Assembly (NCBI GenBank): GCA_963665125.2
Contig: CAXXUK010000002.1
Location: 256,001 to 320,000, forward strand
Source of the DNA: an uncultured Desulfarculus sp.
GTDB lineage: Bacteria > Desulfobacterota > Desulfarculia > Desulfarculales > Desulfarculaceae
DNA: 64,000 nucleotides
Direction of reading: 5' to 3'
This document shows, in pieces, positions 19,372-29,408 of the stretch; position 1 is the stretch's first letter, and every line of letters begins with the position of its first letter. The translations under genes and the position numbers were made by a program. The notes beneath the pieces were generated by a model, which ran no database searches, was not told the DNA's origin, and was given only the letters and a program-made list of their open reading frames with translations.

Positions 19372-20199
19372 TTGCGCCTCAAATTTCACGGCACCAGGGG
19401 CTCGATACCGACGCCCGGGCCCGACACGCTGATCTACGGCGGCAATACGACCTGCGTGGAGTTGGACATCGACGGCCAGCCTCCGGTGATCATCGACGCC
19501 GGTACGGGTCTGCGCCTGCTGGGCGAGGAATTGGCCCGCAGCCCCCAGGGAGAAGCGGTGTTGCTGATGACCCATGTGCATTGGGACCACACCATCGGCT
19601 TTCCGTTTTTCGCCCCCATCTACATGCCCGGCTGGCACCTGCGCCTGGGCGGATGGCCCGGCGGGCTGATGGGGCTGACTTCGCTTTTCGGCTCCAGCGA
19701 CGGCATGGGCCGCTTTCCCGTGCAATACCGGGATCTGCCAGCCTCGCTGGTCCAGGACGAGACACTAAGCGCGCCCGAAATGCGCCTGGGCTCCGTAGCC
19801 GTGCGCACCGCGCCGCTGAATCACCCCCAGGGGGCCATAGGCCTGCGCTTCGAGGCCCCAGGCGGGGCAATGATGTTCATCACGGACCATGAACTGGACC
19901 AAAGCTCCGAACTGGGAATGGAGCACACCCTGGCCTTTTGCGACGGGGCCAAAATCATCATCCACGACGCCCAATATTTACCCGAGGAAATGGAGGCCCA
20001 CCGCGGCTTCGGACATTCGGACTGGCGCATGGTGGTGGATTTGGCCAAACGGGCCGGAGCCGAACACCTGGTGCTGACCCACCATGACCCCCGGCGCAGC
20101 GACGCGGAGGTGGAAAAAATCGTTGAGCAAGCCAGGCTTGAGGCCGGCTCGTCATTAAGAATTGACGCGGCGCGCGAAGGCATGCAACTTGAAATTTAG
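19372..20199 (+). CDS. MBL-fold metallo-hydrolase (putative phosphodiesterase)
   Basis: GTRGSIP...YGGNTTC, DAGTG, THVHWDH, GHS, THHDP; GGAGG before TTG 19372. Confidence 0.9.
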   Translation: MRLKFHGTRGSIPTPGPDTLIYGGNTTCVELDIDGQPPVIIDAGTGLRLLGEELARSPQGEAVLLMTHVHWDHTIGFPFFAPIYMPGWHLRLGGWPGGLMGLTSLFGSSDGMGRFPVQYRDLPASLVQDETLSAPEMRLGSVAVRTAPLNHPQGAIGLRFEAPGGAMMFITDHELDQSSELGMEHTLAFCDGAKIIIHDAQYLPEEMEAHRGFGHSDWRMVVDLAKRAGAEHLVLTHHDPRRSDAEVEKIVEQARLEAGSSLRIDAAREGMQLEI

Positions 20200-20222
20200 C
20201 GCCGTCTATTACGGAGGATAAA

Positions 20223-21434
20223 ATGCAGCACCTGGATAATCCGGGATTATTGCAGGACCTCCTGACTCTCACCGAGCACATGATTTCCACCAATGACGTG
20301 GATTTCCTGCTGAGCAACATCCTTACCCAGGCCCGCCGTCTGGCCAGGGCCGAAGCCGGTTCCATCTTTCTGGTCGAGGGAGACAACCTGCGTTTTGTCT
20401 ACGTGCAAAACGATGTCCTGGACACCGGAGGCAAGGGCTCATACGTGGACCAGCTCATGCCCTTGAACAAAAGCAGCCTGGCCGGCTACACCGCAGTCAC
20501 CGGCATGCCGCTGATCATTGACGACGTCTACCAGATACCTGAAAGCGCGCCGTACGGCTTTAACCGGACCTTTGACCAGAAAACCGGCTACCGCACGCGC
20601 TCCATGCTGGTCACGCCCATGGAGACCAGCCGGGGCAAGATGGTTGGCGTGCTGCAATTGATCAACGCCAGGGGTGAAAACGAAAAGGTGAAGACTTTCG
20701 AGGACCGCGACGTGATGCTGGCCAACTACTGCGCTGCCAACGGGGCCATTGTTCTGGAACGGGCCCTGATCACCAGGGAGCTGATCCTGCGGACCATGCG
20801 CATGGCCGAACTGCGGGACCCGAAAGAGACGGGACCTCACGTCAACCGGGTTGGCGGCGTGGCCGCGGTGATCTTTGAGCACATGGCCCGGGCCATGGGC
20901 AAGGACCCGGACACCGTGCGCCGCGATACCGACCTGGTGAGGGTGGCGGCCATGCTCCATGACGTGGGCAAGGTGGCCATCAGCGATACTATCCTCAAAA
21001 AGCCTGGCAAGCTTACCGACGAGGAATTCGCGGTTATCAAACTACACACCCTGGCCGGAGCCCAGCTTTTCAAAGAAGAAGCCAGCGAACTGGACCACAT
21101 GGCCCAGACCATAGCCCTGCGCCATCACGAACGCTGGGACGGCAAGGGCTATCCCGGCGACGTGCCCGATCCCCGGGACCCGGCCGCCGTGCCCGGCAAG
21201 GGCCTGGTGGGCGACCAGACGCCTCTCCCGGCCCGCATAACCGCCGTGGCCGACGTCTACGACGCCCTGATCTCGGCCAGGGTCTACAAACCGGCCTTTA
21301 CCGAGAACAAGGTCCTGTCAATTATCCGGGAAGAATCAGGTGCCCAGTTCGACCCGACGGTGGTGAAGGCCTTTTTCGAGGTCTACGACGAGATCCGTAT
21401 GGTTCACCACCGCTTTGCCGAAGATCATGACTGA
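20223..21434 (+). CDS. GAF plus HD-GYP cyclic-dinucleotide phosphodiesterase
   Basis: GAF domain (FDQKTGYRTRSML); LHDVGK, HHERWDGKGYP, ADVYDAL motifs. Confidence 0.92.
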   Translation: MQHLDNPGLLQDLLTLTEHMISTNDVDFLLSNILTQARRLARAEAGSIFLVEGDNLRFVYVQNDVLDTGGKGSYVDQLMPLNKSSLAGYTAVTGMPLIIDDVYQIPESAPYGFNRTFDQKTGYRTRSMLVTPMETSRGKMVGVLQLINARGENEKVKTFEDRDVMLANYCAANGAIVLERALITRELILRTMRMAELRDPKETGPHVNRVGGVAAVIFEHMARAMGKDPDTVRRDTDLVRVAAMLHDVGKVAISDTILKKPGKLTDEEFAVIKLHTLAGAQLFKEEASELDHMAQTIALRHHERWDGKGYPGDVPDPRDPAAVPGKGLVGDQTPLPARITAVADVYDALISARVYKPAFTENKVLSIIREESGAQFDPTVVKAFFEVYDEIRMVHHRFAEDHD

Positions 21435-21439
21435 GTTGC

Positions 21440-21466
21440 CGCCCCGGCCTTCCGCGGGCCGGGGCG
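21440..21466. terminator. Hairpin between convergent genes
   Basis: CGCCCCGGCC...GGCCGGGGCG stem. Confidence 0.6.
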
Positions 21467-21474
21467 AATTAGAT

Positions 21475-21966
21475 TTATTTCAGCAGGGACGCCAGCTTGT
21501 CATAGTCGAACTTCTCGGCCAGGGACAGTACGACGGCCTTTGAATCGGGCCAGCCGTTGTCAAATGTGATCTCCACCACCGCCTTGTTGTCGACGATAAC
21601 CACCAGGGCGCTATCGTAAAACACCGATGCCTTCCTACCGGCCACTTTAATGGCGTCGCAGCCGGGCAACATGCCGTTGGCCGCGTTGATAAACGCCTGG
21701 AGGCCGTTGCCCAAGATGTTGATGCCGATTGTCTGCGCGCCGGTATATTCCCGGCGGACCTCGCTGTTTTCTTGCAGATACTCCAACAGGTCGTCGCCCG
21801 GATCAATGTCGAAAGACACCTCTTCCTCGGCTTGATAACCCGCCGGGGCAGCCGGGTAGCAGGACGCAACCTCGCTCTTGAGGTCTCCGGCCAGGGCAGC
21901 CCCGACCCCCAGCACGATCAGGCAACAGACCACCGCCAACAGCATCAACCGCTCGACAACGCGCAT
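21475..21966 (-). CDS. Hypothetical secreted protein
   Basis: Signal peptide ending in ALA; host-like codon usage. Confidence 0.7.
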   Translation of the reverse strand: MRVVERLMLLAVVCCLIVLGVGAALAGDLKSEVASCYPAAPAGYQAEEEVSFDIDPGDDLLEYLQENSEVRREYTGAQTIGINILGNGLQAFINAANGMLPGCDAIKVAGRKASVFYDSALVVIVDNKAVVEITFDNGWPDSKAVVLSLAEKFDYDKLASLLK

Positions 21967-22040
21967 AAGCAACCCCCTTTATTCGAAATGATATGCCTAG
22001 CCATGGTAGTTGTTTTTACTTGCAAGGTCAACGGCCACGA

Positions 22041-22075
22041 GAAACGCCCCGGCAGGCGTTAAACCCGCCGGGGCG
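22041..22075 (-). terminator. Intrinsic terminator ending the phage-like operon
   Basis: On the - strand CGCCCCGGCGGG-loop-CCTGCCGGGGCG followed by TTTCT, about 25 nt after the tail-tube stop. Confidence 0.7.
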
Positions 22076-22098
22076 CACGGCCGAACCCGGCCTCCCCC

Positions 22099-23115
22099 CT
22101 AGGCCAGGGGATCGGTGCTCAGGGTGTTGGTGATGGCGATATGCAGCGGGGCGGTGATGCCGTCCATGCCCGTGGGCGCGCTGGAGGCGGCCAGCAAGGC
22201 CGCCGACACCGGCTGGGTGATCTTGCCCGCGCCGTTGATACTGGCCTCGGCGTTGGTCAGGGCCAGGTGGGGCATGCTCAGGGTGATGACATTGTCTCCG
22301 CTGGTGAAGATCATGGACATTTTCTTGCGGGTGTCGGAGCCCAGGTCGCTGAGGAACACGTCGCTGGTGTACACCGGGAAGTCCAGGCTCAGCGACAGGG
22401 TCGGGAAGCCCGTGGCCGTGGGTTCGCTGATGGTGTCGCCGCCGCCGGCCAGATGATCGCCGGACAGGTTGCGGCTGACGCTCAAGGTGAAGCCGCTGGG
22501 CTGGATCTCATTGGCCGAATCCAGGGCCGCGCCGCTCTGGTCGTTGATGCGGAAGGAGCCGTGGCGGAACAGCACCCGGCCCGCCGGGGAGGGGCTGTCC
22601 AGGGCGGCCATGACCGTGGTGGTGTTGGCGCCGCTGGTGGTGTTGATGACCCGGTCGTCGCACAAGAGGTTCAGGCCCAGGCTCAGGGGCTGGCCCGCCT
22701 GGCCCGACAGGGAAAAGCCCGTGACCTTGGCCCCAGCGAACTCGTGCACCGAAAAGCCCTTGTACAAGGCCAGGGTGCCGAACAGGCCGTCAATGTGGTC
22801 GGCCATGGCCAGGGAGTGGGTGTAGGTGCCGTCCAGGTTGTCGGTGGGCGTGCCCGCCGCGCCCATGACCATGGCCAAGAGGGTTTCCAGGCCGGTGTAG
22901 CGCAGATAGGCGCTGATGTCGCCGGAGCAGGTGATGAAGCCCTGGTCCGAATTGCTCTGGAAGGCGTGGCCCGCCGAGTCGTCCAGGAGCTGTTCGCGGC
23001 TGCGGCTGACGCTTTCGCTGGTGATCAGGATCATGTCGCTCTGGGCGCAGGCCACGGCCGTGCCCCAGGTGTCGGCCTTCTTGAAGGCGGCCTTGATTTC
23101 TCTACCGGTACTCAT
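22099..23115 (-). CDS. Phage major tail tube protein (putative)
   Basis: Ser/Thr/Gly-rich beta protein in the canonical position; TWGTAV, YTHSL, EFAGAKVTGFSLSG patterns typical of siphovirus-type tubes. Confidence 0.75.
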   Translation of the reverse strand: MSTGREIKAAFKKADTWGTAVACAQSDMILITSESVSRSREQLLDDSAGHAFQSNSDQGFITCSGDISAYLRYTGLETLLAMVMGAAGTPTDNLDGTYTHSLAMADHIDGLFGTLALYKGFSVHEFAGAKVTGFSLSGQAGQPLSLGLNLLCDDRVINTTSGANTTTVMAALDSPSPAGRVLFRHGSFRINDQSGAALDSANEIQPSGFTLSVSRNLSGDHLAGGGDTISEPTATGFPTLSLSLDFPVYTSDVFLSDLGSDTRKKMSMIFTSGDNVITLSMPHLALTNAEASINGAGKITQPVSAALLAASSAPTGMDGITAPLHIAITNTLSTDPLA

Positions 23116-23143
23116 TGCTCTTCTCCAATATTAAAGTAATTGC

Positions 23144-23572
23144 TCAAAGTGTATTGCTGGCTGATTCATAGGTGACGCGCAGTTCCATGTCGAACATGCC
23201 GATGGGGTCGGAGGCGCCGCCCTCGTAGACCTCGATGGCCCCGCAGGATGTGCGGCTCCAGTGGGGGTTCAAAGCCGGGTCGGCCAGGGCCCCCACGCAC
23301 GAGGCGGCAAGCTGGTCCAGTTCGCCGTAAGTGCCCTCGGGTGCGTCGGCCGCGCCCCACAGGTGCATGATCAGCACCCGCTCGGCCTGGTCGGCGGCAA
23401 GGTCCTTGGTTTCCACGCGTTCGTTGAACAGGGCCAGGGCCGGACGCTCCGGCATCTCGCTGGCCAGCCTGATGCCCCGCTCCACCCTGGCCGCGGCCAC
23501 GTAGGGCCCGTATTCCGGGGCCATGGTGGTCAGGCAGGTCATCAGGTCGCTGATTATGGTTGCTCTTGTCAT
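23144..23572 (-). CDS. Putative tail-terminator/completion protein
   Basis: 142 aa, directly upstream of the tube gene; C-terminal MELRVTY strand; ATGA coupling. Confidence 0.6.
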   Translation of the reverse strand: MTRATIISDLMTCLTTMAPEYGPYVAAARVERGIRLASEMPERPALALFNERVETKDLAADQAERVLIMHLWGAADAPEGTYGELDQLAASCVGALADPALNPHWSRTSCGAIEVYEGGASDPIGMFDMELRVTYESASNTL

Positions 23573-23982
23573 CGGAACTCCTCGGCCAGGCGGGCTTGCA
23601 GGCGTTCGGGAAGCTGCTCCAGGGCCTTTTCCAGGCTGGGCCGCATGAACGGCCGGGCCGGGATCTCAACCCGCTTCTTGTTGGCCCAGCGGCCACCCAC
23701 CCGAAAGCGCAGGTACTCGGCCTTTTTGGCCTGGATCACCGCGCCTTTTTCATGGACCCAGGCATACGGCGAATCTGTCTCAAGGCTGCCGGTGATGGTG
23801 TCGCCGTTGCGGGTAACGCGGTAGCTCAGCGAGCGGCTCAGGGCCCCGCTTTGGCTGCGCGGGCCGCCGCCGCCGGGGCCCAGGGCCCGCCGGGCCAGGC
23901 GCACGGCCTCTTGCAGCACGTCGCTCATGGCCTTTTCGGCGGCGTGGGCCAGGGCCTGGCGCAGGTCCGCGGGCCAGCTCAC
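23569..23982 (-). CDS. Phage neck/virion morphogenesis protein (HK97 gp10/Mu gpG-like)
   Basis: SGALSRSL...YAWVHEKG...IPARPFMRPSL motifs. Confidence 0.8.
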   Translation of the reverse strand: MSWPADLRQALAHAAEKAMSDVLQEAVRLARRALGPGGGGPRSQSGALSRSLSYRVTRNGDTITGSLETDSPYAWVHEKGAVIQAKKAEYLRFRVGGRWANKKRVEIPARPFMRPSLEKALEQLPERLQARLAEEFR

Positions 23983-24575
23983 AACAGGCTCCGGTTCACG
24001 TAGCGCTCCAGCACGGCGCGCACCTGGGGCAGCAGCTCGCCGTCCCGGAAACTCACCGTGCCGTCGGCCACCGTGCGGGCGGCCAGACCCAGGCGGCCTT
24101 GGCCCGCGTAGGACTGCTGATAGCGCACCACGCTCTGCTCCACGGCGGCCTGGGCCAAATCGGCAGGGATAACTTCGAAGCCAGCCGTGTAGGCAAGCTT
24201 GACGTTGGCCAGGCCCCTGGTGAACACACCCGAGGCCAGGCGGAGCACCCCGGCCTGGCGGTCGATATGCACCGCGTCCGTCGGATGGGCCGCGCCGCCG
24301 ATCTCCAGGCCGCTCAGGCTGACAATGGGGTATTGGGGCAGCAGCAGCTCGGCATGGCCCGAACCGTCCAGGATCGTGTTGTCGGGTGAATAGTCGTCGC
24401 CGGCCGGGTCATGGCCATAGGCCCTGGCCCGCAGCTTGCGGCCGGTGAAGGTGTTGAACTGGGCGCTGACCGCCTCGATGAGGCCCTCCAGCAGGGCGTC
24501 GTCATCGGTGCTTGTCTTGTCCAGATAGGCCTTGACCTGCTCAAGGCTGGCCAGGGCGTCGCCGGAAAGGGCCAT
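23979..24575 (-). CDS. Head-tail connector (gp6-like adaptor)
   Basis: LASLEQVKAYL...DDALLEGLIEAVS...YTAGFEVIPADLAQA. Confidence 0.82.
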   Translation of the reverse strand: MALSGDALASLEQVKAYLDKTSTDDDALLEGLIEAVSAQFNTFTGRKLRARAYGHDPAGDDYSPDNTILDGSGHAELLLPQYPIVSLSGLEIGGAAHPTDAVHIDRQAGVLRLASGVFTRGLANVKLAYTAGFEVIPADLAQAAVEQSVVRYQQSYAGQGRLGLAARTVADGTVSFRDGELLPQVRAVLERYVNRSLL

Positions 24576-24647
24576 GTCCGTCCTCCGGGTTTATTAAAGT
24601 GTTAGCTTCAAATCAGGAGCCCGCCGGGGCGGGCCCCTGACACCGCG

Positions 24648-25859
24648 CTAGGCAGTGGGCACGCCGCTGAGCATGGCGAAACGCTTTTCGTTGCTCACGG
24701 CAAAGCCCATGCGCACCTCGGCCAGGAAGCAGGTCTGGTTGTAGCTGAAGTACGGCTCGGCCCAGGGGTTGGTCTTGACGGTGAGCCCCTGGCGCACGCC
24801 CACAAAGGCGCTGCCCGCGAAATCGCCGGCAAAGAGCCTGGTCTCGTCGGTGCCGCTGCCCAGGTTGGTCAGCACGTTGGGGTCGCGCACGAACGGCTCG
24901 CCCCAGACTCGGGGACGGTTGTCGGCCTCGGCCCTGGGCTGGCCCGGCTGGCGGTAGATGTAGTCGCCGCCGGTGTCCTTGATTTTCATCAGCACCTTTT
25001 CGGCCTTGGCGTGGCCGATGACCGGCACTTCGGCCGCATGTGGCGCGTTCTGGTAGACGGCGAAGATCAGGTCGGCCACGTCGTCGAAGCTGAAGGTCTC
25101 GCTGGCGCTCAGGGCGTTGGTGCTGATCAGGGTGGCCAGGCCGCTGACGGGATCGGTGGCCGTGCCCGCGCCGCGAAGGCAGGCGGTGTCAAAGGCGCCC
25201 GCGATGGTCTCGGCGAACAGCGCGGCCAAAACCTGGTCCACGGCCGGGTCGGAGTCGTCCAAAAGCTGGTTGGAGACCACCACCTTGACGGCCAGCATGT
25301 GGCTGGTGATGGCCAGCTGGCCAAAGGCGGCGTCGGAGCCGACGACCTCGCCGCTGGTCTGGTGGGCGCCGTCGGGCACCAGGCCCTCGGTGTCGGAGGC
25401 CTCGGGCACCCAATAGGCGCTCAGGCCGCCGCTGATGGTGGGGAAGGTGATCTGCCGGGAGCGCATGGGCACCTCGCGGCACAGGCCCTTGACGGCGCTG
25501 TAGTTGTTGACCAGGTCAAGCACCTCGCCGCCCTGCTCGGCCGGGGCCAGGTAGCCGCCCGCCGAGGACAGGCCCTCGCGCAGGTCCTTGGCCAGGCTGG
25601 CCGGGGCCGCGGTGCGCACCAGTTCGTCGGCGCTCAGGTGGCGCGGGGCCTGGCCCATGCCCAGACGGCGGACGTCGCCCAGGAAGTTGCTCATGCCCAG
25701 GCCGGAGCCAAAGGGATTCTGGCCAAGGTTGACGCTCTTGGAGTCCACCACGGACAGGGCCTTTTGCACCCGCTGGTCCACCAGGGCGGCCAGCTTGGTT
25801 TCGTCCATCTCCAGGCCCGAGGCCTGTTCCATCATGCTGATGATCTGTTTTTCGTTCAT
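24648..25859 (-). CDS. HK97-fold major capsid protein
   Basis: SAGGYLAP, AYWVPE, VSNQLLDDS, GTATDPVSG, LMKIKDTGGDYI, GDF, AEVRMGFAV; alternative start at 25880. Confidence 0.92.
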   Translation of the reverse strand: MNEKQIISMMEQASGLEMDETKLAALVDQRVQKALSVVDSKSVNLGQNPFGSGLGMSNFLGDVRRLGMGQAPRHLSADELVRTAAPASLAKDLREGLSSAGGYLAPAEQGGEVLDLVNNYSAVKGLCREVPMRSRQITFPTISGGLSAYWVPEASDTEGLVPDGAHQTSGEVVGSDAAFGQLAITSHMLAVKVVVSNQLLDDSDPAVDQVLAALFAETIAGAFDTACLRGAGTATDPVSGLATLISTNALSASETFSFDDVADLIFAVYQNAPHAAEVPVIGHAKAEKVLMKIKDTGGDYIYRQPGQPRAEADNRPRVWGEPFVRDPNVLTNLGSGTDETRLFAGDFAGSAFVGVRQGLTVKTNPWAEPYFSYNQTCFLAEVRMGFAVSNEKRFAMLSGVPTA

Positions 25860-25890
25860 TTGCTCGTTCCTCTGTTTCATTAATTTTTGG

Positions 25891-26466
25891 TTAGCGGGCC
25901 AGGCGGCGGGCCAGGCTGGCGCACACCAGCCGGTCCAGCACCGGGCTCATTGCTTTGGCGGCCGCAACGTCGGGTTGGGGTTTGCGGTTCAGGCCCAGGG
26001 AAACCAGGGCGTCGGGGTTGGCGGGAAGGGTCACGCAGGAAATCTCGAACAGCTCCTGCTTGAGGTAATGGTTGCCGGTGACGGTGCGGCCGTCGGCCAC
26101 GCGGGTCTCCACGCGGCTGTCGATGGGCGAAAAACCCACGGAAAAGGCGTGCATGTAGCCACCCTTGTAGAGCTTCCAGATGGTGTCGGCGAACGGGTAT
26201 TCCTCGGCCGTGGGAAACTGGGCCTGGAACAGGAGCCTGCCGTGGTCGGTGGCCAGGCGCAGGCATTTGGCCACGGGCGGCTGGTTGTAGTCGTGGGCCC
26301 AGGCGATTACCGGGTTGCCCAGGTAGTTGCTGAAGTACCAGCCCTGGGCGTCGATGCGGTCGCCCTGGCGGTCCACGCCCTCGGTGCTGGCCACGGCCCA
26401 AAAGGTGCGGGCCTGTTCGTCGATGCCGCTGAGATCGCATTCCAGGATTTTTTGTATGAGTTTCAT
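25891..26466 (-). CDS. HK97-family prohead protease
   Basis: ASTEGVDRQGD, NPVIAWAHD, FSVGF, ELFEISCVTLPANPDAL. Confidence 0.9.
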   Translation of the reverse strand: MKLIQKILECDLSGIDEQARTFWAVASTEGVDRQGDRIDAQGWYFSNYLGNPVIAWAHDYNQPPVAKCLRLATDHGRLLFQAQFPTAEEYPFADTIWKLYKGGYMHAFSVGFSPIDSRVETRVADGRTVTGNHYLKQELFEISCVTLPANPDALVSLGLNRKPQPDVAAAKAMSPVLDRLVCASLARRLAR

Positions 26467-26490
26467 CTTGATCCCCCCTGACTTGGCCGC

Positions 26491-27930
26491 CTAGGCCAAG
26501 CTTTTGAGTGTTTGCTCCAATGTTTTGCCCAGGGCCAGCCCCTGGGCAAGGCAGACCTTGAGTTCAGCCTCTTGCCTTCCGCCGCCAGGCGGGCACAACT
26601 CGTCCAGCAGTTCGGGCTGCTTTTCCAACTCCGCCCGGACTTTGGCCGCGCTCCAGCCGTTGAAGCGGGCCTCCAGCCGGGGCCAGGAGGCCTTGACCCG
26701 CTCGGCGGCCCAACCACGCCACAGGGCCTGTTCGCCGGTCTGAGTTTGGGCCTGGGCCATCGGCGGAACATAGGGCTCGTCGCCCCAGGGCAGCGGGGCC
26801 TTGCCCTGCTTGGCCCGCAGCTCGTTGATGGTGATGACGCCCCGGTCCAGCATGTCCATGGCCTCCTTGTGGCCCTGCTCCCGGTCCGTGGGCACCGGGT
26901 TGTCGTGGGCCAGGACCAGGCCGTTGCCGAAGCGCGGGGCCAAAAAGGCGTTGAACACGTCTTCGATAAGGTCCAGGCGGGGCTTGATGCACTCGGAGTT
27001 GAAGGTGATGTCAATGCCCTGGGCATTGGCCCGGTTGACGTCCTTGACCAGGCCCAGCTTGCCCGCGGGCACGCCGTAGGCCGCCAGGATGTTGTCCTGG
27101 GTCCAGCCGGCCAAGGCCATGAACTCGAAGTCCTTGGCCGAGAAGTTCAGGGGCTTGACGCTCAGGCCCGCGTCCAGCACCGTGGGTTCGAACACGTGGG
27201 CCAGGCCCTGGTGTTTCTGGTTCCAGCGGGTGAGGATGCGCCTGGCCTCCTGCTCGGTGAGCCGCTGGTCGGTGCTCAGCACCACCTCGGGTCGGGCCGA
27301 GTTGCGGAAGAAGTTGCGCTGGTAGACCCTCACCGCCGTGTCGATGTCATAGGCGTGGGCCATGGCCTCGATGGGGCTGGAGCCGTAGATCAGGCTGGAC
27401 GGGCTGGGGTGGCGGAAATAGAGGATCTCCTCCGGGCTGAAGCGCTGGCGGGCGCCGCCGGGACCCTGGAACACGAAACCGGTGATGGCCTGGCCCGTGC
27501 TGCCGCCGCTGGTGATCTCGATGAGATCCGCCGGGTTCAGGGGCCAGAGTTGGCCGGGCCGGCCCAGGCGGTCACCCGCCACCAGGACAAAGGCCATGCC
27601 CGCCAGGTCCAGCTGGCTCATCACCGTGAAGCGGAACTGCCTGCCGCTCATGATCGGGTTGGGCCGGGCCAACAGCGTCAGCAGGGGATGCTGGGCCACC
27701 TCGGCCTTTTCCCCGTTGCTTACAGCGTTCAGGCGCAGGGGCACCCCGGCCACCCGCCCGGCGATTGCCGACACGGCGGCGTAGACCCAGCCCTGATAGG
27801 CCGCCAACTGCCGGGAACGGCTGGTCAGGGCCGATCCGCCCAGGAAAGGCGGCGGGGCCATGGGCGCGGCGGGCAGGTCCAGGGCGCGGGTCTGGGGCGG
27901 CTTTGTCTTTTTGCGGAAAAATCGTTTCAT
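26491..27930 (-). CDS. HK97-family portal protein with a C-terminal extension
   Basis: VYAAVSAIA, HPLLTLLARPNP, GSSPIEA, FFRNSARP, AYGVP, GVITINELR; GAGG before ATG 27930. Confidence 0.92.
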   Translation of the reverse strand: MKRFFRKKTKPPQTRALDLPAAPMAPPPFLGGSALTSRSRQLAAYQGWVYAAVSAIAGRVAGVPLRLNAVSNGEKAEVAQHPLLTLLARPNPIMSGRQFRFTVMSQLDLAGMAFVLVAGDRLGRPGQLWPLNPADLIEITSGGSTGQAITGFVFQGPGGARQRFSPEEILYFRHPSPSSLIYGSSPIEAMAHAYDIDTAVRVYQRNFFRNSARPEVVLSTDQRLTEQEARRILTRWNQKHQGLAHVFEPTVLDAGLSVKPLNFSAKDFEFMALAGWTQDNILAAYGVPAGKLGLVKDVNRANAQGIDITFNSECIKPRLDLIEDVFNAFLAPRFGNGLVLAHDNPVPTDREQGHKEAMDMLDRGVITINELRAKQGKAPLPWGDEPYVPPMAQAQTQTGEQALWRGWAAERVKASWPRLEARFNGWSAAKVRAELEKQPELLDELCPPGGGRQEAELKVCLAQGLALGKTLEQTLKSLA

Positions 27931-27937
27931 GTTTACC

Positions 27938-29404
27938 TCACCAAACATTGGGCCCGGCCGACCGCAGCAGGCTGATGGCGCCTTCCAGGGCGTCGGGACC
28001 GTCATCGTGAATATTGGGAGACGGAAAGTGCAGCAACTGCTCTATGAGCAGCGACTGGTCCGAGTGTTGGGGTAAAAAGCGCACCACGCCCCGCTCCACC
28101 AGGGGGCTGACCCCGGCCAGGCGGGTCTCCTTGGCCAGGCGGTGGGTCACGCCCCGGATGGGCAGGGTCACCTGGGCCTCGGCGGCGGCCCGGCTGAATT
28201 CGTCCAGCAGCAGGCGCTGGAACACGTTGTCCTCCACGCCGAAGACGGTGAACCCGTGGCGCTGGTGGCGGGCCAGCACGGCCCGGCAGAGCTGGTCCAG
28301 GCTGCAACGCCGGATAAAGGCGTCGAGCACATAGAAGACCTGCTCGGCCTGGTCCAGGCCCACGGTGATCAGGGCCTTGTAGTCGCCGGTTTCGCCGCTG
28401 GCCAGGCTGGGGTCCAGGAATGCGGCCACGGCCAGGTTTTTCCCGGCCAGCTCGGCCTGGCCGTAGGGCCGGATCCACTGCTCCTGGAACATGCCATCGT
28501 CGTCCCGGGGGTCGTTCTGCTTTTCTTTGTTAAAGGCACGGCTGCCCATGAGCTTTTTCTGGCGCAACAGGTCGGCCACCGAATGGCGGGAGGGCCACAG
28601 GCTCTGGCCGTCGTCGCCAATGGCCTTGTACAGCCGCCGGGTGAAGCGCCGCCAGGGCTCTTCGGTGGAATGCAGCATGGTGGCCAGGGCCGAGCGCTGG
28701 GCCAGCACCGTGCCGATGATCAGCAGGCTGCCCGCAGGGTCGATGGCCGGGTACACCGCCTCGGTGATCCAGGCCAGGGTGTCCTTGACCAGGCGCGGGT
28801 TGCGCACGTTCTTGTCGTTTTCCAGGTCGTCGAGAATCACCAGGTCCGGGCGGTGGCGGCCGTGCTTGAGGCCCCGCAGGCGCTGGCCAGAGCCCCTGGC
28901 CAACAGGCGCACGTCCGGGCCGGTGATGAAGTCCCCCGCCGCGCCCTTTACCTCCGTTAGCTGGCCGAAGTCCTCGGCCAGGCGCTGGTTGTGGCTCAGC
29001 TCCAGGCGGATGTAGCCGGTGAGATCCTCGGCCAGGTCGGCGGTGTCCGAACCCAGCACCACGAAGCGCCGCAGGCCGAAGAGCACCTGGTGCAGCACAT
29101 AGCCGAAGCTGACCACCGTGGTCTTGGCGAATCCCCTTGGCGCGGCCACGGCAACGGGCCGCACGGCCGTGTCCCTGGGCGTGATCAACTCGATAAGCTC
29201 GTGGTGGAACGGCGCGAAATCGTCGCTGAAATAGTGGGGCAGATACGTCTTGCAGAAGTAGAACGGGTCCTGCCGGGTCAGGTCCAGGCGCTGTGTGCGC
29301 GGCGGGGCGTCCGAACCGAAAGCCCCCACCTCGTAGCGCAGGCGGCTGACGATCTCGGCGGCCCGGCGCTTGAAGCCCGAACTGGTGATGCTCTGAGCGG
29401 CCAT
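27938..29404 (-). CDS. Terminase large subunit (Mu/transposable-phage-like)
   Basis: FCKTYLPHYF, Walker A APRGFAKTT, LRGLKH, Walker B RPDLVILDDLEND, nuclease LDPS...HDDGPDALE. Confidence 0.9.
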   Translation of the reverse strand: MAAQSITSSGFKRRAAEIVSRLRYEVGAFGSDAPPRTQRLDLTRQDPFYFCKTYLPHYFSDDFAPFHHELIELITPRDTAVRPVAVAAPRGFAKTTVVSFGYVLHQVLFGLRRFVVLGSDTADLAEDLTGYIRLELSHNQRLAEDFGQLTEVKGAAGDFITGPDVRLLARGSGQRLRGLKHGRHRPDLVILDDLENDKNVRNPRLVKDTLAWITEAVYPAIDPAGSLLIIGTVLAQRSALATMLHSTEEPWRRFTRRLYKAIGDDGQSLWPSRHSVADLLRQKKLMGSRAFNKEKQNDPRDDDGMFQEQWIRPYGQAELAGKNLAVAAFLDPSLASGETGDYKALITVGLDQAEQVFYVLDAFIRRCSLDQLCRAVLARHQRHGFTVFGVEDNVFQRLLLDEFSRAAAEAQVTLPIRGVTHRLAKETRLAGVSPLVERGVVRFLPQHSDQSLLIEQLLHFPSPNIHDDGPDALEGAISLLRSAGPNVW

Positions 29405-29408
29405 GGTC

